The position numbers and the translations under genes are program-made. Shown here one piece after another: positions 37,669-47,822 of a stretch of 64,000 bases of DNA; position 1 is the first letter of the stretch, and every line of letters starts with the position of its first letter. Source of the DNA: Candidatus Parcubacteria bacterium (GTDB taxonomy: Bacteria; Patescibacteriota; Minisyncoccia; Minisyncoccales; JAGMDC01); NCBI GenBank assembly GCA_023130975.1, contig JAGMAD010000003.1, positions 129,692 to 193,691 of the forward strand. Direction: 5' to 3'. Below the pieces are notes generated by a model. That model was not told where the DNA came from and did no database searches. It saw only the letters and a list, made by a program, of their open reading frames with translations.

Positions 37669-40068
37669 ATGGAAAAATCACAAAAACATATTCTTTGGTA
37701 TAAGGAAATCTCTAAAGAAGATGTTGTTTTGGTTGGCGGGAAAAATGCTTCTTTGGGTGAGATGTTTTCCCAACTAACAAAAAAAGACCTGCCTGCCGGT
37801 AGGCAGGGAATTAATATTCCCGATGGGTTTGTTTTAACCTCAAAAGCATATTGGTATTTTTTAAAAGCAAATAAAATAGACGAACAAATAAAAGAGATTT
37901 TTCAAAAATTCAATCCAAAAAGCATAAAATCGCTTCAAGAGACCGGAAAGATGGCTCGGCAATTGATTTTGAAAGCTGATTTTCCAGCTGACTTTAAAAA
38001 AGAGATTTTAAAAAATTACAAAAAACTATCTCAAAAATATGGAGAGGAAGATACTGATATTGCTGTTAGAAGTTCAGCCACTGCTGAAGACCTGCCAAGT
38101 GCGAGTTTTGCCGGACAGCACGAAACGTATTTAAATATTTCCAGCGAGAAAGAATTGTTGAAAGCCATTAAAAAATGTATGGCTTCTTTGTTTACTGATA
38201 GAGCTATTGCTTATCGTGAGGAAAAAGGTTTTGACCACTTAAAAATTGCTCTTTCAGTTGGAGTTCAAAAAATGGTCAGGTCAGACATAGCTTCTTCTGG
38301 AGTAATATTTACCTTAGATACTGAAACTGGATTTCAAAATGTGGTTTTAATTAATTCTATTTATGGAGTGGGTGAGATGCTTGTTAAAGGAAAAATCACG
38401 CCTGATGAATTTTATGTTTTCAAGTCGACCCTAGAACAGGGCTATAAATCAATTATCTCCAAAAATTTAGGAAGAAAAACCAAAAAGTATATTTATAATA
38501 AAAATGGCGGATTAAAAGAAATAAATGTTTCAAAAAATCAGCAACTAAAATTTAGTTTAGATGACGAAGAAATTCTTACTTTGGCAAAATGGGCTTGTTT
38601 GATTGAAGAACATTACAAAATAGCTCAAGATATTGAGTGGGCAAAAGATGGAAAAACAGGCCAGTTATTTATTGTTCAGGCAAGACCAGAGACAGTGCAT
38701 ACCCCTGAAGTTAAAAAAGTTTATGAAGAATATAGAATTCAAACAAAGAAAAAGCCGATTTTAGAAGGAATTGCTATTGGAAATAAAATCGGTCAGGGAA
38801 AAGTTCACATAATTCCTAATGTTTCAAAAATTGGTCAATTCAGAGATGGAGAGGTTTTGGTAACCAAAATCACAGATCCGGATTGGGTTCCAATAATGCG
38901 GTTGGCTTCGGCTATTATTACTGATGAAGGCGGCAAGACCTGCCACTCTGCTATAGTAGCCCGGGAGTTAGGAATACCCTGTATTGTTGGAACAAAAACC
39001 GCTACAAAAATCTTGAAAAACGGCCAAGATATAACCATTGATTGTACCCAAGGCTTAGAAGGAAGAATATTTTTAGGGAAAATTTCTTTTGAAATTAAAA
39101 AATATAATTTGAGAAAGATTCCCAGATTAAAAACAAAAATTATGCTTAACATCGGTGCTCCAGATATTGCTTTCAAAACCTCGTTTCTGCCAAATGACGG
39201 AGTAGGTCTAGCTAGAGAAGAGTTTATTATTGCGGAAAAAATTAGAATTCATCCCTTGGCTCTTTATCACTACAAAAAATTAAAAGACAAAATATTAAAG
39301 AAAAAAATTGAGAAAATAACCATTGGCTATAAAGATAAAAAGCAATATTTTGTTGATAAGTTAGCTGAAGGCGTCGGCACAATCGCAGCTGCCTTTTATC
39401 CCAAAGAAGTGATTTTGAGATTTTCTGATTTTAAGACCAATGAATATAGAAATTTAATAGGCGGCGAACTTTTTGAGCAGGAAGAAGCAAATCCAATGCT
39501 TGGTTTTAGAGGCGCTTGCCGCTATCTTGATAAAGAATTTCAGCCAGCTTTTGAAATGGAATGCCAGGCAGTAAAAAAAGCCAGAGATGTCTTTGGCTTA
39601 AAAAATATTACTTTAATGGTTCCTTTTTGCCGGACAGTAAAAGAAGGTAAAGAGGTAATTAAATTAATGAAGCGATTTGGATTAGAAAAAGGAAAAGACG
39701 GTTTAAAAGTTATTGTAATGTGCGAAATTCCATCTAATGTAATTTTAGCAGAAGAGTTTTTAGAGATTTTTGACGGGATGTCAATCGGTTCCAATGATTT
39801 AACACAGTTATCATTAGGAATGGACCGGGACAATGCTCGGATTGCTCATATTACAGATGAAAGAGACCCGACCATAAAAAAAATGCTGGCAAAAGTAATA
39901 ATGCTCTGCCGCCAAAAGAAAAAATACTGTGGAATCTGCGGCCAAGCTCCGTCGGATTATAAAGAATTCGCTGAATTTTTAGTCAAAGAAGGAATTGAAA
40001 GCATTTCTTTAAACCCAGACACTGTCATTAAAACAATTTTGAATTTGGCAAAAAAGAAGAATAAGTGA
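37669..40068 (+). CDS. ppsA: phosphoenolpyruvate synthase / pyruvate,water dikinase
   Basis: Phosphohistidine domain GGKTCHSAIVARELGIPCIVG, plus N-terminal ATP-grasp-like and C-terminal PEP-utilising TIM domains. Confidence 0.8.
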   Translation: MEKSQKHILWYKEISKEDVVLVGGKNASLGEMFSQLTKKDLPAGRQGINIPDGFVLTSKAYWYFLKANKIDEQIKEIFQKFNPKSIKSLQETGKMARQLILKADFPADFKKEILKNYKKLSQKYGEEDTDIAVRSSATAEDLPSASFAGQHETYLNISSEKELLKAIKKCMASLFTDRAIAYREEKGFDHLKIALSVGVQKMVRSDIASSGVIFTLDTETGFQNVVLINSIYGVGEMLVKGKITPDEFYVFKSTLEQGYKSIISKNLGRKTKKYIYNKNGGLKEINVSKNQQLKFSLDDEEILTLAKWACLIEEHYKIAQDIEWAKDGKTGQLFIVQARPETVHTPEVKKVYEEYRIQTKKKPILEGIAIGNKIGQGKVHIIPNVSKIGQFRDGEVLVTKITDPDWVPIMRLASAIITDEGGKTCHSAIVARELGIPCIVGTKTATKILKNGQDITIDCTQGLEGRIFLGKISFEIKKYNLRKIPRLKTKIMLNIGAPDIAFKTSFLPNDGVGLAREEFIIAEKIRIHPLALYHYKKLKDKILKKKIEKITIGYKDKKQYFVDKLAEGVGTIAAAFYPKEVILRFSDFKTNEYRNLIGGELFEQEEANPMLGFRGACRYLDKEFQPAFEMECQAVKKARDVFGLKNITLMVPFCRTVKEGKEVIKLMKRFGLEKGKDGLKVIVMCEIPSNVILAEEFLEIFDGMSIGSNDLTQLSLGMDRDNARIAHITDERDPTIKKMLAKVIMLCRQKKKYCGICGQAPSDYKEFAEFLVKEGIESISLNPDTVIKTILNLAKKKNK

Positions 40069-40086
40069 TATAATAATATAAATATT

Positions 40087-40974
40087 ATGATAAAAGCATT
40101 AACATTAAAAGAATATGTGAAAAAAAACGATAAAGAACTGGCAGGTTTGATTGTAAAGATGGCTGGTATTGCAGAAAGAATAAGCCAGGAGCTTCCATAC
40201 AGGCGAGGCAAGGCAGATACAAAAAATGTATTCGGAGAAAAGCAATTAGTTGCAGATAAATGGGCCGATAAATTTATTATTAAAGAATTAGACAAATCAG
40301 GATTAGTTAAGGAAATGGTATCGGAAGAGCAGGAGGATGTTGTTAAGCTTAATGATAAAGCATTGTTTAGTATTACTTTAGATCCATTAGACGGTTCTTC
40401 AAATATTGAAAGCAATAATTTAGTTGGCACAATTTTTGGTATATATAAAAAAGACCTGCCAGCTAAAGGAAGGCACCAGGTAGGCGCGCTGTATATTTTA
40501 TATGGTCCCGTAATGACTTTAGTTTATGCAACAAGAAATGGAGTTAACGAATTCCTGCATACCAGAAAAGGATTTGTGCTTAAGGAGAAAAATATAAAAC
40601 TTCCAAAGCAAGGTAAACTATATGGGGTTGGGGGACTGCGTAAGGATTGGCTTCCCGGGTTTAGAAAATATATTAAGGGATTAGAAACAGAGGGATATAA
40701 ATTAAGATATGGAGGAGCATTTGTTGGTGATTTTAATCAGATTCTCCATTATGGCGGGATTTTTGCTTATCCAGCGCTTAGTACCAAGCCAAATGGGAAA
40801 TTAAGATTATTAGCCGAAAGCAATCCAATGTCATTTATTATAAAGCAAGCAGGCGGTGCTTCAACCAATGGCGCAGGGTCAATATTAGATATTGAGCCAG
40901 AAAGCATTAATCAAAGAGTTCCAACTTATGTTGGCAATAAAGGTCTCATTAAAAATTTAGAAAAAATATTATAA
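40087..40974 (+). CDS. fbp: fructose-1,6-bisphosphatase class I
   Basis: LDPLDGSSNI metal-binding motif. Confidence 0.75.
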   Translation: MIKALTLKEYVKKNDKELAGLIVKMAGIAERISQELPYRRGKADTKNVFGEKQLVADKWADKFIIKELDKSGLVKEMVSEEQEDVVKLNDKALFSITLDPLDGSSNIESNNLVGTIFGIYKKDLPAKGRHQVGALYILYGPVMTLVYATRNGVNEFLHTRKGFVLKEKNIKLPKQGKLYGVGGLRKDWLPGFRKYIKGLETEGYKLRYGGAFVGDFNQILHYGGIFAYPALSTKPNGKLRLLAESNPMSFIIKQAGGASTNGAGSILDIEPESINQRVPTYVGNKGLIKNLEKIL

Positions 40975-41008
40975 GAACCTGCCTCGCTAACGCTTGGTAG
41001 AACCTTCT
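40973..41008. repeat. AGAACCTTG-family repeat unit overlapping the fbp stop codon
   Basis: taagaacctgcctcgctaacgcttggtagaaccttct. Confidence 0.6.
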
Positions 41009-41085
41009 AATTGTTTCGTTTAGTCAAAATATAAAAATAAATTTTTCTATTTTCTCTCTCACTTACAATTATAAAAAAAATAACC

Positions 41086-42000
41086 ATGAAAAAAATAGAT
41101 ATTAAGATTCCATTAGATGTTCCAAAAACAATGCGAAAAAAATATACTCAGAATTATCTGAATATAACGCATAATTCCGGCAGACTCATGCTTTTTGCCG
41201 GGGATCAAAAGATAGAACATTTGAATAAGGATTTTTATGGTGAAGGAATACATACTGATGATGCTAATCCAGAGCATCTTTTCCGAATTGCAAATAAAGC
41301 AAAAATCGGAGTCTTTGCTACACAACTTGGACTTATTGCCGAATATGGTGCTGATTATAAAAATATTCAGTATCTTGTAAAACTTAATTCAAAAACGAAT
41401 CTTATTAAAACAGAACAGAGGGATCCGTATAGTGGAAAAATTACTGCTCTTAATGAAGTTATTGAATTTCAGAAAAATTCTGGTTTAAAGATAGTTGCTG
41501 TTGGATATACAATTTATTTAGGGAGTGAATATGAAGTAGAAATGTTGAGAGATGCATCGCGAATGGTTTATGAAGCGCATAAAAATGGTCTTTTAACGGT
41601 TCTTTGGATATACCCGCGAGGAAAAGCAGTAAAAGATGAAAAAGATCCGCATTTAATTGCAGGCGCAACAGGTGTGGCTGCTTGTTTGGGTAGTGATTTT
41701 GTCAAAATTAATTATCCAAAAAAGGAAGGAGAAGAATCAAAAGAATTATTAAAAGAGGCGATTCAATCAGCAGGCAGAACAGGTGTTGTGTGTGCAGGTG
41801 GTTCTTCAATAGATGTTAAGGAATTTTTACAACGGTTGTATGATCAGATTGAGGTTGGAGCATGCGGAAATGCCACTGGAAGAAATATTCATCAAAAAGG
41901 ATTTAAAGAAGCAGTAGCAATGTGTAATGCAATTTACGCTATCACTGTTGAAAATAAAACAGTTGATGACGCTTTAAAAATTTATAATCAAACTACATAA
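41086..42000 (+). CDS. class I fructose-bisphosphate aldolase (DhnA/archaeal type)
   Basis: GSDFVKINYP-type Schiff-base lysine context and a TIM-barrel-like pattern. Confidence 0.5.
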   Translation: MKKIDIKIPLDVPKTMRKKYTQNYLNITHNSGRLMLFAGDQKIEHLNKDFYGEGIHTDDANPEHLFRIANKAKIGVFATQLGLIAEYGADYKNIQYLVKLNSKTNLIKTEQRDPYSGKITALNEVIEFQKNSGLKIVAVGYTIYLGSEYEVEMLRDASRMVYEAHKNGLLTVLWIYPRGKAVKDEKDPHLIAGATGVAACLGSDFVKINYPKKEGEESKELLKEAIQSAGRTGVVCAGGSSIDVKEFLQRLYDQIEVGACGNATGRNIHQKGFKEAVAMCNAIYAITVENKTVDDALKIYNQTT

Positions 42001-42077
42001 AAAAGATATAATAAAAAGTTTGATTACAAGGTTCTGCCGAAGGCAGGTTTTTACAATCGAAGCGTCTAATAGTTTTC

Positions 42078-42107
42078 TTGACTTTTTTGCTTATATTCTG
42101 ATAAAAT
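42078..42107 (+). promoter_or_regulatory. promoter TTGACT-18-TAAAAT for the ferredoxin gene
   Basis: -35 at 42078-42083, -10 at 42102-42107, ATG at 42119. Confidence 0.4.
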
Positions 42108-42118
42108 ATACAAGCATT

Positions 42119-42334
42119 ATGGTAAAAATTATTTTAGATAAATCAAAGTGTGTTGGATGCGGGGCATGCCAGGCGATCTGCCCGAAGTATTTTGAATTGG
42201 GTCAAGATGGCAAATCTAAACTTAAAAAAGGAAAGAACAACTCAGATAAAGAGAAATTAGAAATAGATGAAATTGATTGCGCCCAAGAAGCAGTAGAATC
42301 CTGTCCAGCCCAGTGTATCCACATTGAAAATTAA
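42119..42334 (+). CDS. small ferredoxin (single Fe-S cluster)
   Basis: CVGCGACQAICP ... CP motifs; 71 aa. The ORF-track start at 42020 runs through a repeat unit. Confidence 0.65.
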   Translation: MVKIILDKSKCVGCGACQAICPKYFELGQDGKSKLKKGKNNSDKEKLEIDEIDCAQEAVESCPAQCIHIEN

Positions 42335-43010
42335 TATGCTTAGTTTATCTGCCAAAATTAGAAAAGAAGAGAAATCAGGTACCCTTAGAAATAAGGGTCT
42401 TTTGCCCGCGGTTCTTTATGGGCCAAAGATAAAAAATCTTTCTTTACAGGTAGATGAAAAAGAATTTGAAAAAATTTTTAAAGAAGCAGGCGAAAGCTCA
42501 TTAATTAAGTTAAAAGTTGGTGAGGATGAATTCTTGGTTTTAGTCCATGATCTTCAAAAAGATCCCTTAAAAGGTAATTTTATTCATATTGATTTTTATC
42601 AACCCGTCCTTGACGAAGAAACTGAAGCTACTGTACCCTTAGAATTTATTGGCGAGGCAGCGGCAGTGAAAGAATTAGCAGGAACATTGGTTAAAAATAT
42701 TAAAGAATTAGAAGTAAGAGCTTTGCCTCAAAATCTTCCTCATGATATTAAAGTCAATGTGGAAAGCTTAAAAACCTTTGAAGACACTATTACAATAAAG
42801 GATTTAAAAATTCCAGAAGGGGTAAAAGTGTTAAAAGAACCGGAGGAAATTATAGCTTTAGTTACTCCTCCGGAAAAAGTAGAAGAAGAATTAGAAAAGC
42901 CAGTTGAGGAAAAAGTAGAAGAAGTAGAGAAAGTAGGCGAGAAAGAGAAAGAAGAGGAAAGAGAAGAGAAAGAGGCGGAAAAAGGCGAAGAAGAAAAAAA
43001 AGTTAGTTGA
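42324..43010 (+). CDS. rplY: 50S ribosomal protein L25/Ctc with a Glu/Lys-rich C-terminal tail
   Basis: L25 N-terminal pattern (RNKGLLPAVLYG). Confidence 0.7.
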   Translation: MKINMLSLSAKIRKEEKSGTLRNKGLLPAVLYGPKIKNLSLQVDEKEFEKIFKEAGESSLIKLKVGEDEFLVLVHDLQKDPLKGNFIHIDFYQPVLDEETEATVPLEFIGEAAAVKELAGTLVKNIKELEVRALPQNLPHDIKVNVESLKTFEDTITIKDLKIPEGVKVLKEPEEIIALVTPPEKVEEELEKPVEEKVEEVEKVGEKEKEEEREEKEAEKGEEEKKVS

Positions 43011-43046
43011 AATTTTCAATTTTCAATTTTCAATTTTCAATTTTCA

Positions 43047-44453
43047 ATGAATTTTCAATTTTCAATTTTCAAACAAGCAATTTTATTTGTTCTTATATTA
43101 TTTTTGGTCTTACCTAGTTTTTTTCTATTAGCTGAAGAAGATTTAGAAGAAATCTGCCAGATAGAAAATATTGAGAAAAAAGAAAGCGAACTTTCCAAGG
43201 AAGATTACGAAGCTTTTTTAAAGAAATGCGAAGCATATTTTGTAGAAAAAAGCAAAGAGATTGAAAAGGATATCAATAAAACTGAAGCAGAGAAAAAGAC
43301 ATTGCAAAATAAAATTTATAGTTTAAGAAAAAAAATTCAAAACTTAAATTATAAAATCAATCAGAGCAATCTAATAATAAAAGACCTTGATTTACAAATT
43401 GGAGATACCCAGTTTTCCATAGAAGAAACCGGTTTAGAGATAGAAGATTTAAAGCAGAGATTAGTAAAACTTTTACGGCTTGTTTATGAAGAAGACCAAA
43501 AATCATTGATTGAGATTTTTCTTTCAGAAGAAGAAATCTCTGATTTCTTTGATAATTTGGTAGCATTGGAAATACTTAATTCTGAGAATCAAGAAATTTT
43601 AGATAATATTAAAAGCTTAAAATCTTATTTAGAAAATCAAAAAATATCCCTGGATGAAGAAAAGGAGGACAGAGAGAATACTCTTGCTGTTTATAATTTA
43701 CAAAAACAAGAAAATGCAGAAATAAAAAAAGAACAGGAATATTTTCTCAAATTAACTGAAAAAGAATATCAAAAGTATATTGCAGAGAAGGAAGAGACAG
43801 ATAAAACTGCTTCTGAGATAAGGGCTCGGATTTTTGAATTAGTCGGTGTTGTCAAAGCTCCTACTTTTGGCGAAGCATATGAATTAGCTAAGTATGTTCA
43901 GGGCATTACAGGAATTCGTCCTGCATTTTTGTTGGCGATTTTAACCCAGGAATCAAATATTGGTAAAAATGTTGGCCAATGTTATTTGAAAAATACAAAA
44001 ACAGGTGAGGGGATTTATATTAAAACAGGAAATACAGCTCCTAAGACAATGGGTCCTAAGAGTATTCCTAAGTTTTTGAACATTACCAAAGAGTTAGGAA
44101 GAGATCCTTATAGCACGCCTGTTTCCTGCTGTATGTATTACAAGGGCAAACCCTATGGCTGGGGAGGAGCAATGGGCCCAGCCCAGTTTATTCCTTCCAC
44201 TTGGGTTTTATATCAAGATAAAATAAGAGCAGTTACTGGAACTACTCCAGATCCTTGGAACATAAAAGACGCCTTTTTAGCGTCTGGTATTTATTTAAAA
44301 GAATTGGGCGGCAGTAGAAATGAATTTAAGGCAGCCATGCATTATTTTTCCGGAAGCACTTGGACTAAATATGAAGAATTTTACGGAAGGTCAGTAATAT
44401 CCTTAGCTGATAGATATGAAAAAGATATTGCTAAGCTTGAAAGCGAGAAGTAA
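43047..44453 (+). CDS. lytic transglycosylase (SLT domain) with an N-terminal signal/TM and coiled coil
   Basis: LTQESNIG (catalytic E-S) and GAMGPAQFIPSTW motifs. The N-terminal codons come from a (TTTTCAA)n repeat. Confidence 0.55.
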   Translation: MNFQFSIFKQAILFVLILFLVLPSFFLLAEEDLEEICQIENIEKKESELSKEDYEAFLKKCEAYFVEKSKEIEKDINKTEAEKKTLQNKIYSLRKKIQNLNYKINQSNLIIKDLDLQIGDTQFSIEETGLEIEDLKQRLVKLLRLVYEEDQKSLIEIFLSEEEISDFFDNLVALEILNSENQEILDNIKSLKSYLENQKISLDEEKEDRENTLAVYNLQKQENAEIKKEQEYFLKLTEKEYQKYIAEKEETDKTASEIRARIFELVGVVKAPTFGEAYELAKYVQGITGIRPAFLLAILTQESNIGKNVGQCYLKNTKTGEGIYIKTGNTAPKTMGPKSIPKFLNITKELGRDPYSTPVSCCMYYKGKPYGWGGAMGPAQFIPSTWVLYQDKIRAVTGTTPDPWNIKDAFLASGIYLKELGGSRNEFKAAMHYFSGSTWTKYEEFYGRSVISLADRYEKDIAKLESEK

Positions 44454-44459
44454 AAAACT

Positions 44460-45212
44460 TTAATCTTTTAGGTTTTTTTCTAAAGTTTTAACCATTTTAT
44501 CTAATTCTCCATCCATAATTTTTTCAATATGGTGCCAGGACTTTTTGATGCGATGGTCTGTTATTCTGTCTTGAGGAAAATTATAGGTTCTGATTTTTTC
44601 TGCCCTCATTGCTGCATGAATTTGGGCTTTTCTTTTGTCTCCGATCATTTCTTCTTGTTCCCTTTGTTTTTTTTCTAAAATCCTGACTTCTAAAATACTC
44701 AAAGCATTTTCTTTGTTCTCTAACTGATTTCTTTCTGTTTGCGATGTAACCACTATTCCAGTAGGCAGGTGAGTGACTCTAATTGCTGTTTCTCTTTTGT
44801 TGACGTTTTGTCCTCCTGGTCCAGATGATTTATAAATGTCAATTTTTAAATCTTTTGGATCTATTTTAGTTTGAGTTTTTTTTGATTTTGGCAGAACAGC
44901 TACAGTCGCTGTAGAGGTATGGGTTCTTCCTCCTTTTTCGGTTTTTGGAATTCTTTGAATTCTATGAACCCCTCCTTCGTATTTTATTTTAGACCAAACA
45001 TCTCCATTCTTTAATTCAAATGTTATCTGTTTATATCCTCCTAATTCTGTTTTTTGAGAATCCAGAATTTTTTGCTTCCAGTCCTGATTTTGAGCATATC
45101 TTGTATACATTCTAAATAACTCAGCGGCAAACAAAGCTGCTTCTTCTCCGCCAGTACCAGCTCGAATTTCTATGATTACTGAGTCAATTTTTGATTCGTT
45201 CTCGCCAGACAT
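44460..45212 (-). CDS. prfA: peptide chain release factor 1 lacking N-terminal domain 1
   Basis: PKT (PxT) codon-recognition motif and GGQ motif. At 250 aa it starts at domain 2, immediately downstream of rpmE. Confidence 0.7.
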   Translation of the reverse strand: MSGENESKIDSVIIEIRAGTGGEEAALFAAELFRMYTRYAQNQDWKQKILDSQKTELGGYKQITFELKNGDVWSKIKYEGGVHRIQRIPKTEKGGRTHTSTATVAVLPKSKKTQTKIDPKDLKIDIYKSSGPGGQNVNKRETAIRVTHLPTGIVVTSQTERNQLENKENALSILEVRILEKKQREQEEMIGDKRKAQIHAAMRAEKIRTYNFPQDRITDHRIKKSWHHIEKIMDGELDKMVKTLEKNLKD

Positions 45213-45213
45213 A

Positions 45214-45459
45214 TTATTTTTTTCCCTGCCTGCCTACCGGCGGGTTTCTTTTCCTTTCTTTTTTTGCCAACCGTTTTCTAAATTTTTCAACTCTTCCAGC
45301 AGTATCTACCATTTTCTCTTGGCCTGTATAAAAAGGATGACATTGAGAGCAAATCTCAATTTCAATGAGTTCTTTTGTTGAGCCAATAGTAAAACTATTT
45401 CCGCAGGCACAGCGGACTTGAGCGTTAGGATAGTATTTAGGATGAATGTCTTTTTTCAT
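45214..45459 (-). CDS. rpmE: 50S ribosomal protein L31
   Basis: [10 protein letters not shown] ... CxxC zinc-ribbon L31 pattern. Confidence 0.8.
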   Translation of the reverse strand: MKKDIHPKYYPNAQVRCACGNSFTIGSTKELIEIEICSQCHPFYTGQEKMVDTAGRVEKFRKRLAKKERKRNPPVGRQGKK

Positions 45460-45600
45460 AATTCAAGATTAAATGCGAAGCATTCAAGGTTCTGCCAAGC
45501 GTTAGCGAGGCAGGTTCTTATATATTTATACATTAGCGCCTGCCTTGCCGACAGGCAGGAATCAAGGTTCTGCCAAGCGTTAGCGAGGCAGGTTCTTATA
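45460..45600 (-). repeat. inverted copy of the composite AGAACCTTG-unit 5'-region (see 26709-26846)
   Basis: ~95% identical to 26709-26856, including the ATGAAAAAAG start context. Confidence 0.75.
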
Positions 45601-45706
45601 TTATATATTAGCAATAATATTTCAAAAAATCAACCCCATAGTAGAAATTTTCACTATTGGGTTAACTCTTGATTATTTTTCAAAGTGATGATATATTATA
45701 ATTATT

Positions 45707-46501
45707 ATGACGGATAAAAAAGAAACCAAAGAGAAACAAAAAAAAGAAAAGGAAACCAAAAAAGAAAAACCAAAGGAAGAAAAAAAAGAAGTTAAAAAAG
45801 TTGCCAAGAAAGCACCTGATTTTAAAATTGATGTAGATGAAATGTTGGCAGTCGGAGTTCATTTCGGTCATCGGACTTCCCGTTTGCATCCCAAAATGGA
45901 ACCATATTTAGCTGGTGTCAAGAATACGGTTCATATCATTGATCTAGAAAAAACAGCGGAAAAATTGAAAGAAGCCCTGAAGTTCATCCAGGAAATTATT
46001 TCCGAAAATAAGGTCTTGCTTTTAGTGGGGACAAAAATTCAGATTAAAGATTTAGTTAAAGAAATTGCTCAAGAATGTGAATTACCTTATGTTAACGAAA
46101 GATGGCTGGGCGGCACTCTGACTAATTTTGAAGTAATTTCAAAAAGAGTTGGATACTTAAAAGAAATAGAAGAAAAAAAGGCAAGCGGAGCATGGGAAAA
46201 GTACACAAAGAAGGAAAGGATTAAAATGAATAGGGAATTTCAGAATCTCAAGACAAAATTTGAAGGTCTTAAAACACTCTCCAGAGTTCCTGATACTATG
46301 TTTGTTTTAGATATAAGAAAAGATGATTTAGCAGTGAAAGAAGCTAAAATGAAAGGGATAAAAGTAATTGCTATTTGTGATACCAATACCGACCCTAGTT
46401 TGATTGATTATCCTATTCCAGCAAATGACGATGCTATTTCATCTGTGAAATATATTTTAGAAAAGGTTAAAGAAGCAATACTAAAAACAAAGGCAAAGTA
46501 A
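45707..46501 (+). CDS. rpsB: 30S ribosomal protein S2 with a ~40-aa Lys/Glu-rich N-terminal extension
   Basis: S2 core from MLAVGVHFGH. Confidence 0.85.
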   Translation: MTDKKETKEKQKKEKETKKEKPKEEKKEVKKVAKKAPDFKIDVDEMLAVGVHFGHRTSRLHPKMEPYLAGVKNTVHIIDLEKTAEKLKEALKFIQEIISENKVLLLVGTKIQIKDLVKEIAQECELPYVNERWLGGTLTNFEVISKRVGYLKEIEEKKASGAWEKYTKKERIKMNREFQNLKTKFEGLKTLSRVPDTMFVLDIRKDDLAVKEAKMKGIKVIAICDTNTDPSLIDYPIPANDDAISSVKYILEKVKEAILKTKAK

Positions 46502-46648
46502 TACGCTCGAGAATTAGTTTTTGGTACACGCAAATTTCTCCAGCGGAAATTTGCTGCTACTCGCGAATTGCCGAGCACTCAACAAGTTGAGTGCTCGAAC
46601 CAAGCCAATTCGCTGCGGATTGTCCCAAAAACTAATTCCCTCGCTTAA
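46502..46648. mobile_element. MITE-like element copy 2 (same TIRs as 29223-29376, different core hairpin)
   Basis: CGAGAATTAGTTTTTGG...CCAAAAACTAATTCCCTCG. Core CGAGCACTCAACAAGTTGAGTGCTCG. It starts directly after the rpsB stop. Confidence 0.65.
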
Positions 46649-46662
46649 AACTTTCAAGTTTT

Positions 46663-47247
46663 ATGATTACTATTGATCAACTCAAACAACTTCGTGAAGA
46701 GACCGATGTTTCTGTCACAGAATGTAAAAAGGCGTTAGAAGAGTCAAAAGGTGATATTAAATTAGCCAAGGAAATTTTGAGAAAATGGGGAAAGGATTTG
46801 GCTGGGAAAAAATCAGAAAGAGAGGTCAAGCAGGGAATAATTGAAAGTTATATTCATCCTAATAAAAAGGTTGGGGCAATGTTGAAGATTCTTTGCGAGA
46901 CCGATTTTGTAGCAAAATCAGAACAATTTCAGCAATTAGCCCATGAAATTTGTCTTCAAATTGCTGCTTCCAAGCCCTTGTTTTTAAAAGAAGAAGATAT
47001 CCCAGAAGATTTTTTAGATGGAGAAAAAAAGATTTATCAAGAGCAGTTTAAGGACTCTGGAAAGCCGCAAAAGATTGTAGATGGGATAATAGAAGGAAAA
47101 CTAAAAAAGTATAAGAAAGAAGTTTCATTGTTATCCCAGGATTGGATAAAAGACGAAACAAAGACAATAAAGGATTTGATTGACGAATACATTGCAAAGA
47201 TTGGAGAAAATATTGTGGTAGAACAATTTGGACGCTACGAAATCTAA
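46663..47247 (+). CDS. tsf: elongation factor Ts (short form)
   Basis: N-terminal UBA-like LREETDVSVTECKKALEESKGDI. Confidence 0.8.
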   Translation: MITIDQLKQLREETDVSVTECKKALEESKGDIKLAKEILRKWGKDLAGKKSEREVKQGIIESYIHPNKKVGAMLKILCETDFVAKSEQFQQLAHEICLQIAASKPLFLKEEDIPEDFLDGEKKIYQEQFKDSGKPQKIVDGIIEGKLKKYKKEVSLLSQDWIKDETKTIKDLIDEYIAKIGENIVVEQFGRYEI

Positions 47248-47680
47248 AAATATGGCAGCACTAATCGCAACAATAATTTTATTTGGTAGTTTGTCAGGCA
47301 TGGCAGTAATTTTATTCCGGAAGGTTCCGGTTTTAGTTGAGCTGCCGTCTATTCCGGGAAAAGAGCAGGAAGGATTGTTTTTGAAAACAAAAAGAAAAAT
47401 CAAAGAATTAGATTTTTTTGAAATTTTTGATTTTAAAAACTTTTTACAAAAATTTCTTATGCGGATTCGCATTTTGACTTTAAAGATTGAAAACACAACC
47501 AGCAAAACCTTGGAAGGATTGCGTCAGAAAGAAAGAATGAAAAATAACTTTATTTCTAATAGCAATAACGAAAATAATTATAAAGAAGATAATTATTGGA
47601 AAGAAATAAAAAAATTTAATAATAAAAAAACAAAAAGCCAAAAGCCAAAATCAAAGTTAAGAGTTAATAATAAAAAGTAG
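47228..47680 (+). CDS. hypothetical membrane protein with a Lys/Asn-rich tail
   Basis: One TM helix and a low-complexity tail. Overlaps the tsf end. Confidence 0.3.
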   Translation: MDATKSKNMAALIATIILFGSLSGMAVILFRKVPVLVELPSIPGKEQEGLFLKTKRKIKELDFFEIFDFKNFLQKFLMRIRILTLKIENTTSKTLEGLRQKERMKNNFISNSNNENNYKEDNYWKEIKKFNNKKTKSQKPKSKLRVNNKK

Positions 47681-47736
47681 ATAACAAATTTATTGCCCGG
47701 GTAGCTCAATTAGTAAAACAGCCCCGTCAAAATTTG

Positions 47737-47807
47737 GCCTCCTTAGCTTAGTGGCAGAGCAATGGTTTTGTAAACCATAGACGTCAGTCCAATTCTGACA
47801 GGAGGCT
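47737..47807 (+). tRNA. tRNA-Thr (anticodon TGT)
   Basis: Manual fold: acceptor GCCTCCT/AGGAGGC, anticodon loop TTTGTAA, T arm GTCAG-TCCAATT-CTGAC, discriminator T. Confidence 0.7.
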
Positions 47808-47822
47808 TTTTGAAAATTTTTA

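Noticed and set aside
47695-47736. Second tRNA upstream of tRNA-Thr
   Set aside because: Only acceptor/D-arm-like sequence is present. No anticodon or T arm can be folded, so it is treated as a fragment.
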